Assembly: GCF_003367075.2 (NCBI RefSeq)
Contig: NZ_CP065936.1
Coordinates: 2,700,001-2,732,000 of the forward strand
Source: Cylindrospermopsis raciborskii Cr2010
GTDB taxonomy: Bacteria; Cyanobacteriota; Cyanobacteriia; Cyanobacteriales; Nostocaceae
Direction of reading: 5' to 3'
DNA: 32,000 nt
Shown: positions 16,403 through 28,420 of the stretch, piece after piece
How the letters are laid out: the number at the start of each line of letters is the position of its first letter
How positions within the stretch are numbered: the first letter of the stretch is position 1
Notes under the pieces: model-generated
Seen by the model: only the letters and a program-made list of their open reading frames with translations
Told to the model about the DNA's origin: nothing
Databases searched by the model: none
Program-made: the position numbers and the translations under genes

Positions 16403-16850
16403 CCTCAAGGTCTTTAGGGTTTTCTAAAGGAATATGCTCTGCATGACTCCAGAACGCTTCCAAATTATAAAATTCTCGTTCCTTGGGCATCATAATGTGA
16501 ACAATCACATCCCCATAGTCTTGTAACACCCAACTACCTTCCCCTTTTCCTTCTGTGCGCAAAGGACGACGTTGTAATTCCGTTTGCACCTTTTCTTCTA
16601 TAGCAGAGGAGATGGCCCTAACCTGGACCCTGGAATAACCAGTCATCACCAGAAAATAATCGGACAGGTAGGAGACATCTGTTACTTTGAGCAGTAAAAT
16701 TTCGCCTGCTTTACGTTCTGATGCTGCTTGTGCTATGGTGAAGGCTAATTTTCCACTGCTATCTCCAGTTTCCACCATTGGGGTGTTTACTGTCTTTTTG
16801 CTGTGTGGAATTGATTTTAACGGTAAATTGCTTGGGAAATAATCAGTCAT
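16374..16850 (-). CDS. rsfS: Ribosome silencing factor RsfS (iojap family)
   Basis: RsfS-like motifs are present: AASERKAGEILLLKVTDVSYLSDYFLVMTGYSRVQVRAI and WVLQDYGDVIVHIMMPKEREFYNLEAFW. Confidence 0.85.
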   Translation of the reverse strand: MTDYFPSNLPLKSIPHSKKTVNTPMVETGDSSGKLAFTIAQAASERKAGEILLLKVTDVSYLSDYFLVMTGYSRVQVRAISSAIEEKVQTELQRRPLRTEGKGEGSWVLQDYGDVIVHIMMPKEREFYNLEAFWSHAEHIPLENPKDLEDDPNDKIFG

Positions 16851-16950
16851 TAAACCTCAACTGTTACACGCCATAAAATAGATGATAACAGAAAACCTCA
16901 TCCTTACGCAATGCGGAGTTTATTGTGGGAGCGTCAATCCACCAGTAATT

Positions 16951-17742
16951 CTATAACCAACCACGCAGAGCATAGACTAAGTAACCAATATATTCTTTTA
17001 AAGCGTTGGTAAAATCATTTAAATTGTCAGCACTGGGGAACAAATTTAATATGGTGGACTTAGGAGTAGCAATTAGTTCTTCTAGGTCACTCCGACTGAC
17101 AATAAAATCCGTGGGAGCGGGAATTACTTCCACACCCTGACGTTGAAAAATTTTCAGAGACCGGGGTGTGTGCATGGCTGAGGTTACCAATAACACTTTT
17201 TTGATTCCCCGACTTTCCAGGATTTTCTTGACATTGACGGCGTTTTCGTAAGTATTCAAGGAATTTGGTTCCTCAATAATTACTTCTGGAGGAATACCTA
17301 GAGATATGAGAATAGTAGCCATATCCGCTGATTCTGGTGTTCCACCACCACGCCAATCAATACGTCCACCACTTAAAATAATCAAAGGTGCTTTTTTTTG
17401 TCCATAGAGTTGAGCAGCATAGATTACCCTGTCTCCGGACTCGTTCAAGTCTACTGTGGAACGAGGCCAAGCAGCTGGTTTGGTAGCACCACCCAGAACC
17501 ACAATCGCTTCAGCTTGGGGTATTTTTTCCAGGGGGATGTTTTGCCATTCCAGGGATGCAACCAAACTTTTAGATACCCACCCATTACCAGATATGATTA
17601 GTATAGCTAAGGATATCCCAATCCAACCCGCTGCAATTTTAGGACGTTTCCATAGGGTGATCAGGGCAATAACTAAACTTATACTAGCTAACCCCAAAGG
17701 ATAAAAAAACAGCGGTAGTAGTTTAGAAAGATATAAAAACAT
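16951..17742 (-). CDS. YdcF/DUF218 family membrane-anchored protein
   Basis: An N-terminal TM region (MFLYLSKLLPLFFYPLGLASISL) is followed by a DUF218-like core (AIVVLGG...LILSGG...NTYENA...VLLVTSAMHTPRS). ATG 17742 is preferred over the track's TTG 17766, and ATG 17751 is also possible. Confidence 0.7.
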   Translation of the reverse strand: MFLYLSKLLPLFFYPLGLASISLVIALITLWKRPKIAAGWIGISLAILIISGNGWVSKSLVASLEWQNIPLEKIPQAEAIVVLGGATKPAAWPRSTVDLNESGDRVIYAAQLYGQKKAPLIILSGGRIDWRGGGTPESADMATILISLGIPPEVIIEEPNSLNTYENAVNVKKILESRGIKKVLLVTSAMHTPRSLKIFQRQGVEVIPAPTDFIVSRSDLEELIATPKSTILNLFPSADNLNDFTNALKEYIGYLVYALRGWL

Positions 17743-17785
17743 AGTTGGCATATTGTGGTTTAACAAAGGTTGGGCAAAAAGTTAC

Positions 17786-18298
17786 CTATTTTTCCCAAAA
17801 TCGAAAATTGAAACTTCCGGGAGGACGACGTAACCGACGAACAGGTAATCTTTTTTTCCGCTTAGTAACTCTAGTATCTGATTGTTCAAGATCATCATCC
17901 TCTACTAAATCATCTTGAATTTGAGTGACGGTTAATTCCTTGCTTCTCCACCAAGCAATAATCCAACCTCCACCTAAACCAGCTAGACAACCAAACAAAA
18001 TACTAATAGGAGCAGAATAACCTATAAACAAAAAACTAAACATGAAAACTAAACAGTATTTCAGCGCAGCATCAATACCATCATTAGCAGCAACATTGGG
18101 AATTGTTTCGTTATTCTCGTTAGCAATAGTGAACCAACCTAAAGCTAAACCACCCACAATTCCCAAAAATACGCATAGAATTAAAGAAGCTCCCGCAAAC
18201 CTGGAAATCGCAGCTAATAAAAACCCAAACACGAATTGAGAAAAAAAGTTGGGTGATGTGGATAGTATTTCGCTGAGGATATTTTTGTTGGATGCCAT
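17786..18298 (-). CDS. Small integral membrane protein with an acidic then strongly basic C-terminal tail (hypothetical)
   Basis: It has about four hydrophobic segments and the tail DDDLEQSDTRVTKRKKRLPVRRLRRPP. ATG 18298 avoids overlap with the upstream gene's stop at 18327. Confidence 0.5.
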   Translation of the reverse strand: MASNKNILSEILSTSPNFFSQFVFGFLLAAISRFAGASLILCVFLGIVGGLALGWFTIANENNETIPNVAANDGIDAALKYCLVFMFSFLFIGYSAPISILFGCLAGLGGGWIIAWWRSKELTVTQIQDDLVEDDDLEQSDTRVTKRKKRLPVRRLRRPPGSFNFRFWEK

Positions 18299-18326
18299 AA
18301 TTTCATCACTCTCATCTAGCTTTAAC

Positions 18327-19880
18327 TTATCTAAATTTACCACTAATCTGTTGAGCCAAAGGTTGAGTAGTATCTACTACCATAATGTATGGTAGTTCCT
18401 CCTCCGTAAATACTTCGTATTGCTCAACTTGACTTGCTAATAATTCGGGAGTAGCATCAGTAATATCATTACTACGGTGTAGTATACGTTCCTCTAACAC
18501 CTCTAATGGTGCAGTACAGTAAACAATTTTTGCAGGTAGTTGATGTTTATTTGCTTGATCAATTACCTGTTGACGTAAATACCTACGATCATATTTAGCA
18601 TCCAGAATCACAGACCAACCTTGATTAGCCAGTGTAATTCCCCATACTAACAACCGATTGTAGGTCTTTTGAGTCATTTCTGGAGTGTATATTTCATTGC
18701 TACCCCGCTCCCTAAGAGAAATACCCGCCAGATGTTTTCGCACCGCGTCAGAACGTAAATGAACCGCCCCCAGTTTAGCAGCTAAATACCTCCCAGTAGT
18801 ACTTTTACCAGAACCAGATAACCCACACATCAATATTAATTCTCCCTGTCTGGGTTGGGTGTATTTCCACGCCTGTTGATAATATTTTTCAGCTGTTTGG
18901 GATGCGATCGCTCTAGTTTCTGACCCTATAGCTTTATCGTCTAATAGAAATGAATTTACTTTAGCTCTGACATAAGCTTGACGAGTTAAATATAAAGGTA
19001 GTATTTGTAAACCCTCCCAGTCTCCGGTTTCCTCAACATAAGTATTTAAAAAGGTATTTGCTAAATCTTCTCGACCTTTTGTCTCCAGATCCATGACTGT
19101 AAATGCCACATCATACATAACATCCACGAAGCGAAAGGTCTCATTAAATTCAATACAGTCAAAAAGGATAATTTCTTCATTCCACAGAGCAATATTTGCT
19201 AAGTGTAAATCTCCATGACATTCACGGATGCGTTGGTGGGCGATTCTGCTGGCAAATAATTCCGAATACTGCTGACAAAACTTATCTGTATAGGCTTTTG
19301 TTTCTTCAAATCTGGACTGAGTTTGGGGTCCACCACTATATTTTTGAATATATTTTAATGTTTGAATATAATTCTCATCAATAGCTGACCGCACTAACCC
19401 TACTTGACCAAAACCACTGATATAATCATTGGTAAGACATTTAGTGTGATAGTCAGCCAGCACCCTTCCTAGTTCTTGTAGATGGAGCTGATTTAACTTA
19501 CCTTGGGAGAGTAGCTGACTAAATAAAGCATCTTCAGGAAATTGACGCATTTTCACCGCATACTCCACAATTTCACCCTTTCCCCCCAAATGGTATTTTC
19601 CACCACTCCAGGTAATGGGTACAACTTGTAGATATAACTTACTGGCACCACGTTGATTTAAGCGTAATTCTTCCTGACAAAAATGTAAGCGCCTATCCAG
19701 AGTTGAGTAATCTAAAAAACCAAAGTTAACAGACTTCTTCAGCTTATAGACATAATTGCCTGTCAAAACTACCCAAGAGATATGAGTTTGAATGACTTGA
19801 ATAGGTTGGGTTACAGGGTGAGGATAAAATTCCGCATGTAACATCTGATCAACTAAATTTTCAATACTTGTAGTTTCCAT
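18327..19880 (-). CDS. Fusion of an aminoglycoside-phosphotransferase-like kinase domain and a P-loop ATP-binding (AAA/kinase) domain
   Basis: The N-terminal half carries the kinase catalytic motif HGDLHLANI. The C-terminal half carries Walker A GLSGSGKST. The ORF is 517 aa with an ATG start. Confidence 0.7.
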   Translation of the reverse strand: METTSIENLVDQMLHAEFYPHPVTQPIQVIQTHISWVVLTGNYVYKLKKSVNFGFLDYSTLDRRLHFCQEELRLNQRGASKLYLQVVPITWSGGKYHLGGKGEIVEYAVKMRQFPEDALFSQLLSQGKLNQLHLQELGRVLADYHTKCLTNDYISGFGQVGLVRSAIDENYIQTLKYIQKYSGGPQTQSRFEETKAYTDKFCQQYSELFASRIAHQRIRECHGDLHLANIALWNEEIILFDCIEFNETFRFVDVMYDVAFTVMDLETKGREDLANTFLNTYVEETGDWEGLQILPLYLTRQAYVRAKVNSFLLDDKAIGSETRAIASQTAEKYYQQAWKYTQPRQGELILMCGLSGSGKSTTGRYLAAKLGAVHLRSDAVRKHLAGISLRERGSNEIYTPEMTQKTYNRLLVWGITLANQGWSVILDAKYDRRYLRQQVIDQANKHQLPAKIVYCTAPLEVLEERILHRSNDITDATPELLASQVEQYEVFTEEELPYIMVVDTTQPLAQQISGKFR

Positions 19881-19939
19881 TGAAGTTACATTTAGTTTCC
19901 AAGAATCCCCGTACCCGCAGCACGAGGATTCAAGACTCC

Positions 19940-20236
19940 TTAACTCTTAGCTGCAAAAAAACTCAAATGATAGGGAGTTCCCTTCGCTGGGTGAACTTGA
20001 ACTTCCCTCAAAACAGTTTTACCAGTCCATTGAAGATCTGGAATACTCAGTTCAATTTCCGTCTTATTAGGTGCAGCTTGTTTAAGCAAGCGGTCAACTG
20101 TTTTAGCTTCCAGAGCCAAGGAAATTGACTCAGTACCGTTGTGTCCATACAAATTGGCGGGGATTAAACCAGAACGGCGTAAAGCTTTGGGTTTAATGCC
20201 TTCTGGACGTTTTTGAGATTCTACTGTCAGTGCCAT
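19940..20236 (-). CDS. rplY: 50S ribosomal protein L25 (short form)
   Basis: The 98-aa protein has the L25-like N-terminal segment [26 protein letters not shown]. Confidence 0.8.
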   Translation of the reverse strand: MALTVESQKRPEGIKPKALRRSGLIPANLYGHNGTESISLALEAKTVDRLLKQAAPNKTEIELSIPDLQWTGKTVLREVQVHPAKGTPYHLSFFAAKS

Positions 20237-20289
20237 ACTAGTTTTAACTTGTCAATTAGTTATCAATTAATCACCAATCACTGTTCCTG

Positions 20290-21633
<1,344 letters not shown>

Positions 21634-21769
21634 TTAAAAGTAAAGTTTTCACAAACAATCATTATCACCAGATTGTTGGACATTTGTCAAGAGGTTTTTT
21701 CAGATATTTCAGCCAGGAAAATGAACTGTTCCTCACCCAAAGGAGAAAACCATATCGTTAAAATCATAA

Positions 21770-22435
21770 TCATTGACTGGTCAAACCATAGGCCAAAATA
21801 GCACTACCAATGGGAACCGTTAAATTATCAATCCCCAAAAAGGAAACGGATTCTAACAATGTGGCAGTGATAGATACTAGCGCTGATACTAACCATATTT
21901 GCCAACTACTTCCCCGTGTTGCTAACAAAATAATTACACTTACTAAGTAACTGACCACTGTCATGGTTAAAGAACCTTCCCAACTTTTATTCGCGCCAAA
22001 GAGGTAATACTTGTGCTTACCAAATCTTTGCCCAATTAGTGCTGCTAGTCCATCACCCCAGGTCATAATTAAAATACCTAAAGCTGCATATTCAGGTTTT
22101 TTTAAATACCAGAAATATCCAACCAAAATTCCAATACTCACAGCATAAAAAAAAGTGCCTAAACTTTGTCTCCCCACACTATTAATTCCAGGCAAAATTG
22201 GCACAAAATATGATATGACGCTAATTAGACCAGCTAAAATTGCCGCACTAATTCCCACGTAAGCAGGAATATGGAACCACCAAGCTAATAAAATTACATT
22301 ACCACTACCAATATGCACAATTTTACGGATGATTTCCGGTTGACTAGGAGTAAACCGACTGACTAACCAAGCAATTAATATGATCAAAAAGACCCAACCA
22401 GCAGCGATCGCAATTTTCAGCCACAATGGAAACAT
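21770..22435 (-). CDS. Phytol kinase-like / polyprenol (dolichol) kinase family membrane protein, paralogue 1
   Basis: Family motifs are present: IIRKIVHIGSG, MTWGDGLAALIGQRFGKHKY, SWEGS and ESVSFLGIDNLTVP. ATG 22435 (MFPLWLK) is preferred over the track start because a TATATT -10-like element lies inside the upstream extension. Confidence 0.7.
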   Translation of the reverse strand: MFPLWLKIAIAAGWVFLIILIAWLVSRFTPSQPEIIRKIVHIGSGNVILLAWWFHIPAYVGISAAILAGLISVISYFVPILPGINSVGRQSLGTFFYAVSIGILVGYFWYLKKPEYAALGILIMTWGDGLAALIGQRFGKHKYYLFGANKSWEGSLTMTVVSYLVSVIILLATRGSSWQIWLVSALVSITATLLESVSFLGIDNLTVPIGSAILAYGLTSQ

Positions 22436-22762
22436 GGATTCTAAACCGGAGAATATAATCTTGAGATATACAGTTATTATCAAATATTAGGGAATTCCTC
22501 AACCCAACTTCTTTAGTCTAAACTCCAGATCTCAAACAAGTGAGGTACTTCTCTAACCAATAGAATCTCCATTTCCTCCCTTTCGCTTTCTAAAGTCTAT
22601 CCCCGGATTTATGAATTCCTGAGCAATAGTGCTTATGTTTATATTATTAGATGGAAATCATAAGAGTTAACAAAGATGACCTTTGGTCAATAAATATCTA
22701 TGGCTATTGCTAAACGTTACTGAGTATTGGCGCGTATTTGTAAATTATTGCCATAAAATACT

Positions 22763-24295
22763 GTGAAATTTTTATACCAATATCAAAGAGATTCTCAATC
22801 TGGTATTGAGAATGGATATGATGATCCAAATTTTGAACATTTGCACCCGGTTGAAGTGAATGAGTTTCTCCCTCAAATTCATAGATTGACTAGTATTGGT
22901 GCGGGGATAATGTTGACTATTTTTTTGGTCGGGATAGCTCTAACAACTATACTGACTTATAAAACAACCGTTAAAGTAAGTGGTACTATTAGACCGGTGG
23001 GAGAAATCAAATTAGTTGAGTCAGCTATTTCTGGGGAAGTGCAAAGAATTTTAGTGCAAAATCATCAAGTAGTTCGTCAAGGAGATAGCATGGCTTTTGT
23101 TGATGATTCTCAATTACAAACCCAAAAGAAACAATTAGAAGACAGCATTCAAAAATCCCAATTACAACTGCTAGAAATTGACTCTCAGCTCAATGAAATT
23201 CGTAACCAAATTCTAGATCAGACTAATTTAAATGAGCAGACAATTTTTGCTGCACAATCGGAATTTATGGGAACTCAACGTAATTTTGATGATCAACGGA
23301 TTAAGGGAAATGCAGAATTATTGCAAGCAGAAATTGCTTTTCAATTTGCCAAATCCCAACTACAACGACTAGAAAAACAGGGAATTCTCAAATCTACCAT
23401 CCAAGAAGCAGAAACTGCTTTAAACCTCGCTATAATTCAAAGAAATAGACTACAAGCGATCGCCAGTTCTGGTGCTATTCCTGCGAGTCTTCTAGAAGAA
23501 AAACAACAGGCAATAAAATCTGCGCGAGCGAAATTAGAAAGTGCCAAGAATAATGCCCAAAGTCTGTGGGATGATAAACAACAGGCTTTCAAAACTGCCC
23601 AAACAAATCTATATAAAGCCAGAACAACTATGAATCCCAGTAATTCGGCTGTGATTATTGCATCACAACGCATAAAACAGGAACAAGTGAGGGGAGAAAT
23701 GACTATTGCAGCTTTAAATAAAGAACTGGGCAACTTATTACAACAAAGGCTAGAAATACAAAAACAACTAACTCGTTACCGTCAGGATTTGCTGCAAACA
23801 GAAATTAACTTACAAAAAACTGTAATTCGTGCACCTATTACTGGAACACTGCTACAATTGAAACTTCGTAATCTTGGACAAGTGGTTCAATCTGGTCAAG
23901 CGATCGCCCAAATTGCTCCGCTCAATGTTCCGTTAGAAATTAAGGCTTATATACCGAGTCAGGAAATTAATAAAGTACAAGTGGGACAGAAAATTCAAAT
24001 GCGAGTTTCTGCTTGTCCTTATCCAGATTATGGCACTCTCAGGGGTAGGGTTAAAAATATTTCTCCAGATGTTTTGCCTGGTAATATTATAACTAACAAT
24101 ATAAACAATAATATAACCAATAGTAATGGCATAAATGGATACGAAGTCACTATGCAACCAGAAACATTATACCTTGGTAAAGGACAAAATAAATGTTATC
24201 TACAACCAGGGATGGAAGGAGGTGCTGATATTATTTCCCGCCAAGAAAATGTGATGCAATTTATCCTCCGCAAAGCTAGACTAATTAGTAATTAG
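22763..24295 (+). CDS. HlyD-family membrane fusion / secretion adaptor protein
   Basis: An N-terminal TM helix (SIGAGIMLTIFLVGIALTTIL) is followed by a lipoyl-like segment, a long Q/L-rich coiled coil and a C-terminal beta-barrel region. The GTG start has an in-frame stop 9 nt upstream. Confidence 0.85.
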   Translation: MKFLYQYQRDSQSGIENGYDDPNFEHLHPVEVNEFLPQIHRLTSIGAGIMLTIFLVGIALTTILTYKTTVKVSGTIRPVGEIKLVESAISGEVQRILVQNHQVVRQGDSMAFVDDSQLQTQKKQLEDSIQKSQLQLLEIDSQLNEIRNQILDQTNLNEQTIFAAQSEFMGTQRNFDDQRIKGNAELLQAEIAFQFAKSQLQRLEKQGILKSTIQEAETALNLAIIQRNRLQAIASSGAIPASLLEEKQQAIKSARAKLESAKNNAQSLWDDKQQAFKTAQTNLYKARTTMNPSNSAVIIASQRIKQEQVRGEMTIAALNKELGNLLQQRLEIQKQLTRYRQDLLQTEINLQKTVIRAPITGTLLQLKLRNLGQVVQSGQAIAQIAPLNVPLEIKAYIPSQEINKVQVGQKIQMRVSACPYPDYGTLRGRVKNISPDVLPGNIITNNINNNITNSNGINGYEVTMQPETLYLGKGQNKCYLQPGMEGGADIISRQENVMQFILRKARLISN

Positions 24296-24367
24296 GGATG
24301 GGGAATAATTTATCTCGATTTCCATACTTTGTCAAGTATTACTCATTAATAAGTCCCACACTCAAAT

Positions 24368-26539
24368 ATGATGTTTAATCCATTCCAACCTAGAAAAAAA
24401 TACGAATGTGTTTTACAAGCAAGTGAAGAAGACTGCGGAGCAGCTTGTCTAGCTTCCATCTGCAAATATTACGGGAGATTTCTCACCATTAATAAAAGTC
24501 GAGAAGCAGTAGGAACGGGACAATTAGGAACAACATTATTGGGCTTAAAACGTGGATCGGATAGTTTAGGATTCAATTCCAGAGCGGTTAAAGCAGCACC
24601 GCAAATTTTAGACACAATCACAGAAATTCCCTTACCAGCTATTATTCATTGGCGAGGTCATCATTGGGTCATTCTCTATGGTACTAGGGGCAAAAAATAT
24701 GTCATTGCTGATCCAGCTGTAGGTATTCGCTATATTGAACGCCAAGAATTATTAGCAGCTTGGAATGGAGTAACTCTATTATTAGAACCTGACCCAGAAC
24801 AGTTTTCTAGCCAATCTCAAGAGCAACCTCATGGTGGTTTGTTACGCTTTTTCTTGAGGATTCTACCCTATCGTGGACTACTAGCACAAGTTATTATTAT
24901 CAATATTATTCTGGGTGTGTTAGCTTTAGGAACTCCAGTTCTCATTCAATTATTAACCGATGATGTTTTAGTCAGGGGTGACCTACAACTACTCTCAGTA
25001 GTAGTGTGTGCTGTGGTCGTGATGACCATATTTAGTAGCAGTTTACAACTAATACAATCTACTATGATTGCCCATTTTGGGCAAAGATTACAATTGGGAT
25101 TGGTCTTGGATTTTGGTCGTAAATTGTTGCAATTGCCTTTAACTTATTATGAGTCCCGTCGTAGTGGTGAAATTACCAGTCGCTTGAGTGATATTAACGA
25201 AATTAATCAGTTGGTTTCTCAACTTGTCATTCTTTTGCCTAGCCAATTTTTTGTGGCACTTATTTCCTTAGGACTAATGCTATTTTATAGCTGGCAATTA
25301 ACCATAGCAGTTATAATTTTCGCCGCTGTTATGACTGTGGTTGCTCTACCATTTTTGCCCATACTGCAACAAAAAACTCGTAGTCTCTTGGTTTTAGGAG
25401 CAGAAAATCAAGGAGTATTAGTGGAAACCTTTAAAGGAGCTCAGGTTGTAAAAACAACCAATGCTGCACCCCAATTTTGGGATGAGTTCCAAAGTCGTTT
25501 TGGTCGATTCGCCAATCTGAATTTTAGCACCATTCAACTGGATATTATTAATAGCACTATCGCCAAACTTCTTTCTAGTTTAGGTGGTGTTATTTTATTA
25601 GGTTTGGGCAGTATATTGGTGATTAACCATCAATTGAGTATTGGACAAATGCTGGCGTTTAATACCCTACAAATTAATGTTTTGGCTTTAATTGTATTTC
25701 TGGTGGGACTGGTGGATGAATATTTTCGTTCACAAACCGCAATCTCCCGATTATTAGAAGTAATTGATGCTACGCCAGAAGTAGTGGGCGGTGGACAAAA
25801 ACCAATTGCTCAAATTGCTGGTGATGCGGATATTTTTTTTTCTCACTTGACATTTCACCATCTGGGAAGGGTAGATCTATTAGATGATTTTTCTCTCAAA
25901 CTTCCCGGTGGTAAGATTATTGCTGTCATTGGTAAATCAGGTTGTGGTAAAAGTACCCTGGCAAAACTTTTAGCTGGGTTATATCAACCCAGTTCAGGAA
26001 ACATCCGAATTGGAGTTTTTAATATTCATGATCTCGCCCTTGATTGTTTACGCCAACAGGTAGTTTATGTACCTCAAGAACCCCATTTCTGGAGTCGTTC
26101 AATTTTAGAAAACTTTAGATTGGGTATACCTAATCTTTCTTTTGATCAGATAGTTCAAGCTTGTGAAATTGCTGATGCTGACGGTTTTATCAGTCAACTA
26201 CCTCATAAGTATCAAACCGTTTTGGGAGAGTTTGGAGCTAATCTTTCCGGTGGACAAAGACAACGATTGGCGATCGCTCGAGGAATACTCAATAACCCTC
26301 CGGTTCTCATATTAGATGAAGCTACTGCTGGATTAGACCCTGTCAGCGAAACCCATGTTCTAGACCGACTATTGGCATTTCGCAAGGGAAAAACCACAAT
26401 TTTAATTACCCATCGTCCCAGCGTGATGCACCGCGCTGATTGGATTGTCTTATTAGAACAAGGGAAAATTCAATTACAAGGTAGTTTAGAAACTTTTACC
26501 GCTCAACCTGGGGAGCATTTGCACTTTCTCACTATTTAG
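24368..26539 (+). CDS. Peptidase-C39-domain ABC transporter (PCAT; exporter of double-glycine-leader peptides)
   Basis: The N-terminal C39 domain appears to have intact catalytic Cys (EEDCGAACL, Cys codon 24434-24436) and His (GHHWVILYG). Six TM helices follow. The nucleotide-binding domain has GKSGCGKST, LSGGQRQRLAIAR and LILDEATAGLD. Confidence 0.9.
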   Translation: MMFNPFQPRKKYECVLQASEEDCGAACLASICKYYGRFLTINKSREAVGTGQLGTTLLGLKRGSDSLGFNSRAVKAAPQILDTITEIPLPAIIHWRGHHWVILYGTRGKKYVIADPAVGIRYIERQELLAAWNGVTLLLEPDPEQFSSQSQEQPHGGLLRFFLRILPYRGLLAQVIIINIILGVLALGTPVLIQLLTDDVLVRGDLQLLSVVVCAVVVMTIFSSSLQLIQSTMIAHFGQRLQLGLVLDFGRKLLQLPLTYYESRRSGEITSRLSDINEINQLVSQLVILLPSQFFVALISLGLMLFYSWQLTIAVIIFAAVMTVVALPFLPILQQKTRSLLVLGAENQGVLVETFKGAQVVKTTNAAPQFWDEFQSRFGRFANLNFSTIQLDIINSTIAKLLSSLGGVILLGLGSILVINHQLSIGQMLAFNTLQINVLALIVFLVGLVDEYFRSQTAISRLLEVIDATPEVVGGGQKPIAQIAGDADIFFSHLTFHHLGRVDLLDDFSLKLPGGKIIAVIGKSGCGKSTLAKLLAGLYQPSSGNIRIGVFNIHDLALDCLRQQVVYVPQEPHFWSRSILENFRLGIPNLSFDQIVQACEIADADGFISQLPHKYQTVLGEFGANLSGGQRQRLAIARGILNNPPVLILDEATAGLDPVSETHVLDRLLAFRKGKTTILITHRPSVMHRADWIVLLEQGKIQLQGSLETFTAQPGEHLHFLTI

Positions 26540-26583
26540 CGGTTAGAAACTGTTTAATCTCCATCAACACCGCTTTTATCCCA

Positions 26584-26614
26584 AATCCCCGATGTCTTTA
26601 AGATATCGGGGATT
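26584..26614. terminator. Hairpin between the convergent ABC exporter gene and pgi
   Basis: AATCCCCGAT-N11-ATCGGGGATT has perfect 10-bp arms. The flanking U-tracts are weak. Confidence 0.45.
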
Positions 26615-26625
26615 CAAGACCGTCT

Positions 26626-28212
26626 TTAAGTCAAAGAAACAGTTAAAGTTCCCGGTTTACTCAAGTCACCTGTCAAAACCACACCTCGATTATTAGCATG
26701 AAGATGACGGAGAATTTTGTAAATGGGTTCTACTTGCTCACTAGCACCCGCTTTATCAGCGATCTCCCCAATGGTTAGTCCTTTCTTTTCTGATTGTAAT
26801 ACCTTGATTACCTTATTCTGTAAGTCCAGTATTACTGCTGCTGCTTTTTTCCCTGCTTCTACGCCTGGTTGATGATAAGCATTAACATTTACCAAACTAG
26901 CATATAAACCCACAGCTCTCTCATACAATGCAATTAATGCCCCTACTGTTTGAGCATTAACCTGGGGAATTGTCACAGTAATGGAATCCCGATGATTCTC
27001 ATAAAGTGCTTGACGGGTTCCTAATAAAAACCCAGATAGGTAATCACCAGCAGTTACACCAGGATCAATTTCCGAAGATGCACCTTGACGATCTTCCAAC
27101 ACCTCAATTAAGGTGGCAAAAAAATTAGGCACTCCTTCTCTTAACTGTTGTACATAAGCATGCTGGTCTGTTGAACCTTTGTTGCCATACACAGCAATAC
27201 CTTGATATACAGTCTTGCCATCTAGGTCTTTCTCTTTGCCTAAAGACTCCATTACCAATTGCTGTAAGTAACGGCTAAATAATAACAAGCTGTCTTTATA
27301 GGGTAAGACAACCATGTCCTTTTCACCTTTACCATTACCAGAAAAATACCAGGACAAAGCTAATAAAGCTGCTGGATTATTTTTAATGTTGGCAATGCGA
27401 GTAGCATCATCCATCTGTTTAGCACCATCTAGCATAGCACGAATATTAATACCCTGCAATGCTGCTGGAACTAAACCCACAGCGGACATTTCTGAAGTCC
27501 TTCCACCTACCCAATCATACATGGGGAAGGTTCCTAACCAGTTTTCTGATTTGGCAACCTTATCCAGATTACTACCCGTACTAGTAATGGCGATCGCATA
27601 TTGGGCAAAGTCTAAATTTCTACGGGAGTATGCCTGTTTCACCTCTATCATACCATTGCGAGGTTCAGGTGTACCACCAGACTTAGAAATAACTAATACT
27701 AGGGTGCTACTTAACCTATCTCCCACGCGGGAAAGCACTCGGTCAATTCCTGCAGGGTCACTATTGTCGATAAAGTGAATGTTAAGAGGGGGAAGGTCAG
27801 GAGCAAGTGCTTCTGCAACAAATTGTGGCCCTAAAGCTGAACCTCCAATTCCAATGGAGATAATATCGGTAAAGCGGTTTTCTTTAGGAGGATGTATGGC
27901 TCCAGTGTGCACTTGATCTGCAAAAACTTCGATTTCTTCTAAAGTTCTGACAATTTCTGCTCTCAGTTGGGAATTGGGTGCTAAATCGGGATTTCGCAAC
28001 CAGTAATGTCCCACCATGCGATTTTCATCGGGATTGGCAATTGCTCCCTTTTCTAGGTCTACCATTTCCCTAAATGCTTGCTCAAATTTTGACTGTAATG
28101 ACTCCACGAAAGTGTTATCAAACCGCATTCGGCTGATATCTAGATACAGTCCTAATCCCTCGTGGTAATATAACCAGTCTTGGTATCGTTGCCAAAGTTC
28201 CTTAGCATCCAT
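26626..28212 (-). CDS. pgi: Glucose-6-phosphate isomerase
   Basis: It is PGI-like throughout ([32 protein letters not shown]). ATG 28212 ([10 protein letters not shown]) is preferred over the track's upstream TTG 28242. Confidence 0.9.
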   Translation of the reverse strand: MDAKELWQRYQDWLYYHEGLGLYLDISRMRFDNTFVESLQSKFEQAFREMVDLEKGAIANPDENRMVGHYWLRNPDLAPNSQLRAEIVRTLEEIEVFADQVHTGAIHPPKENRFTDIISIGIGGSALGPQFVAEALAPDLPPLNIHFIDNSDPAGIDRVLSRVGDRLSSTLVLVISKSGGTPEPRNGMIEVKQAYSRRNLDFAQYAIAITSTGSNLDKVAKSENWLGTFPMYDWVGGRTSEMSAVGLVPAALQGINIRAMLDGAKQMDDATRIANIKNNPAALLALSWYFSGNGKGEKDMVVLPYKDSLLLFSRYLQQLVMESLGKEKDLDGKTVYQGIAVYGNKGSTDQHAYVQQLREGVPNFFATLIEVLEDRQGASSEIDPGVTAGDYLSGFLLGTRQALYENHRDSITVTIPQVNAQTVGALIALYERAVGLYASLVNVNAYHQPGVEAGKKAAAVILDLQNKVIKVLQSEKKGLTIGEIADKAGASEQVEPIYKILRHLHANNRGVVLTGDLSKPGTLTVSLT

Positions 28213-28420
28213 AATGAGGGAATTCTCACATAACTTAGTCAAACTCCAGTTTAATCTATGGTTTTGGCGATCCCTGCTCTGTCTTATACAGTTTGTAATC
28301 AGGAGTTATGACTTTGGTTAAATATGGTTAAGTTTTGTTAAATGTTCTTATTATATCACATTTATGGCTTATCTTATGTGAAGATCGCCCACCCTTATCC
28401 CTTTTTAAAAATCCCTGGTT

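Noticed and set aside
21651-21669. A second Zur/Fur-like box (AAACAATCATTATCA) upstream of purA
   Set aside because: Only the right half-site (ATTATCA) matches, and the left half matches 4 of 7 positions. In AT-rich DNA this is likely a chance hit.
22651-22713. A 20-codon sORF (MEIIRVNKDDLWSINIYGYC) upstream of the HlyD/C39-ABC pair, as a possible exported peptide
   Set aside because: It has no double-glycine (GG/GA) leader motif and no Shine-Dalgarno sequence, and it is too short to hold both a leader and a core peptide. I cannot exclude it without comparative data, so I note it only as a weak candidate.
27314-27778. A 154-aa plus-strand ORF inside pgi, a 100-aa ORF at 29528-29830 and an 82-aa ORF at 19880-20128
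   Set aside because: They are antisense shadow ORFs fully overlapped by strongly supported genes (pgi, phytol-kinase-like paralogue 2 and L25). They show low-complexity composition and no recognisable motifs or ribosome-binding sites.
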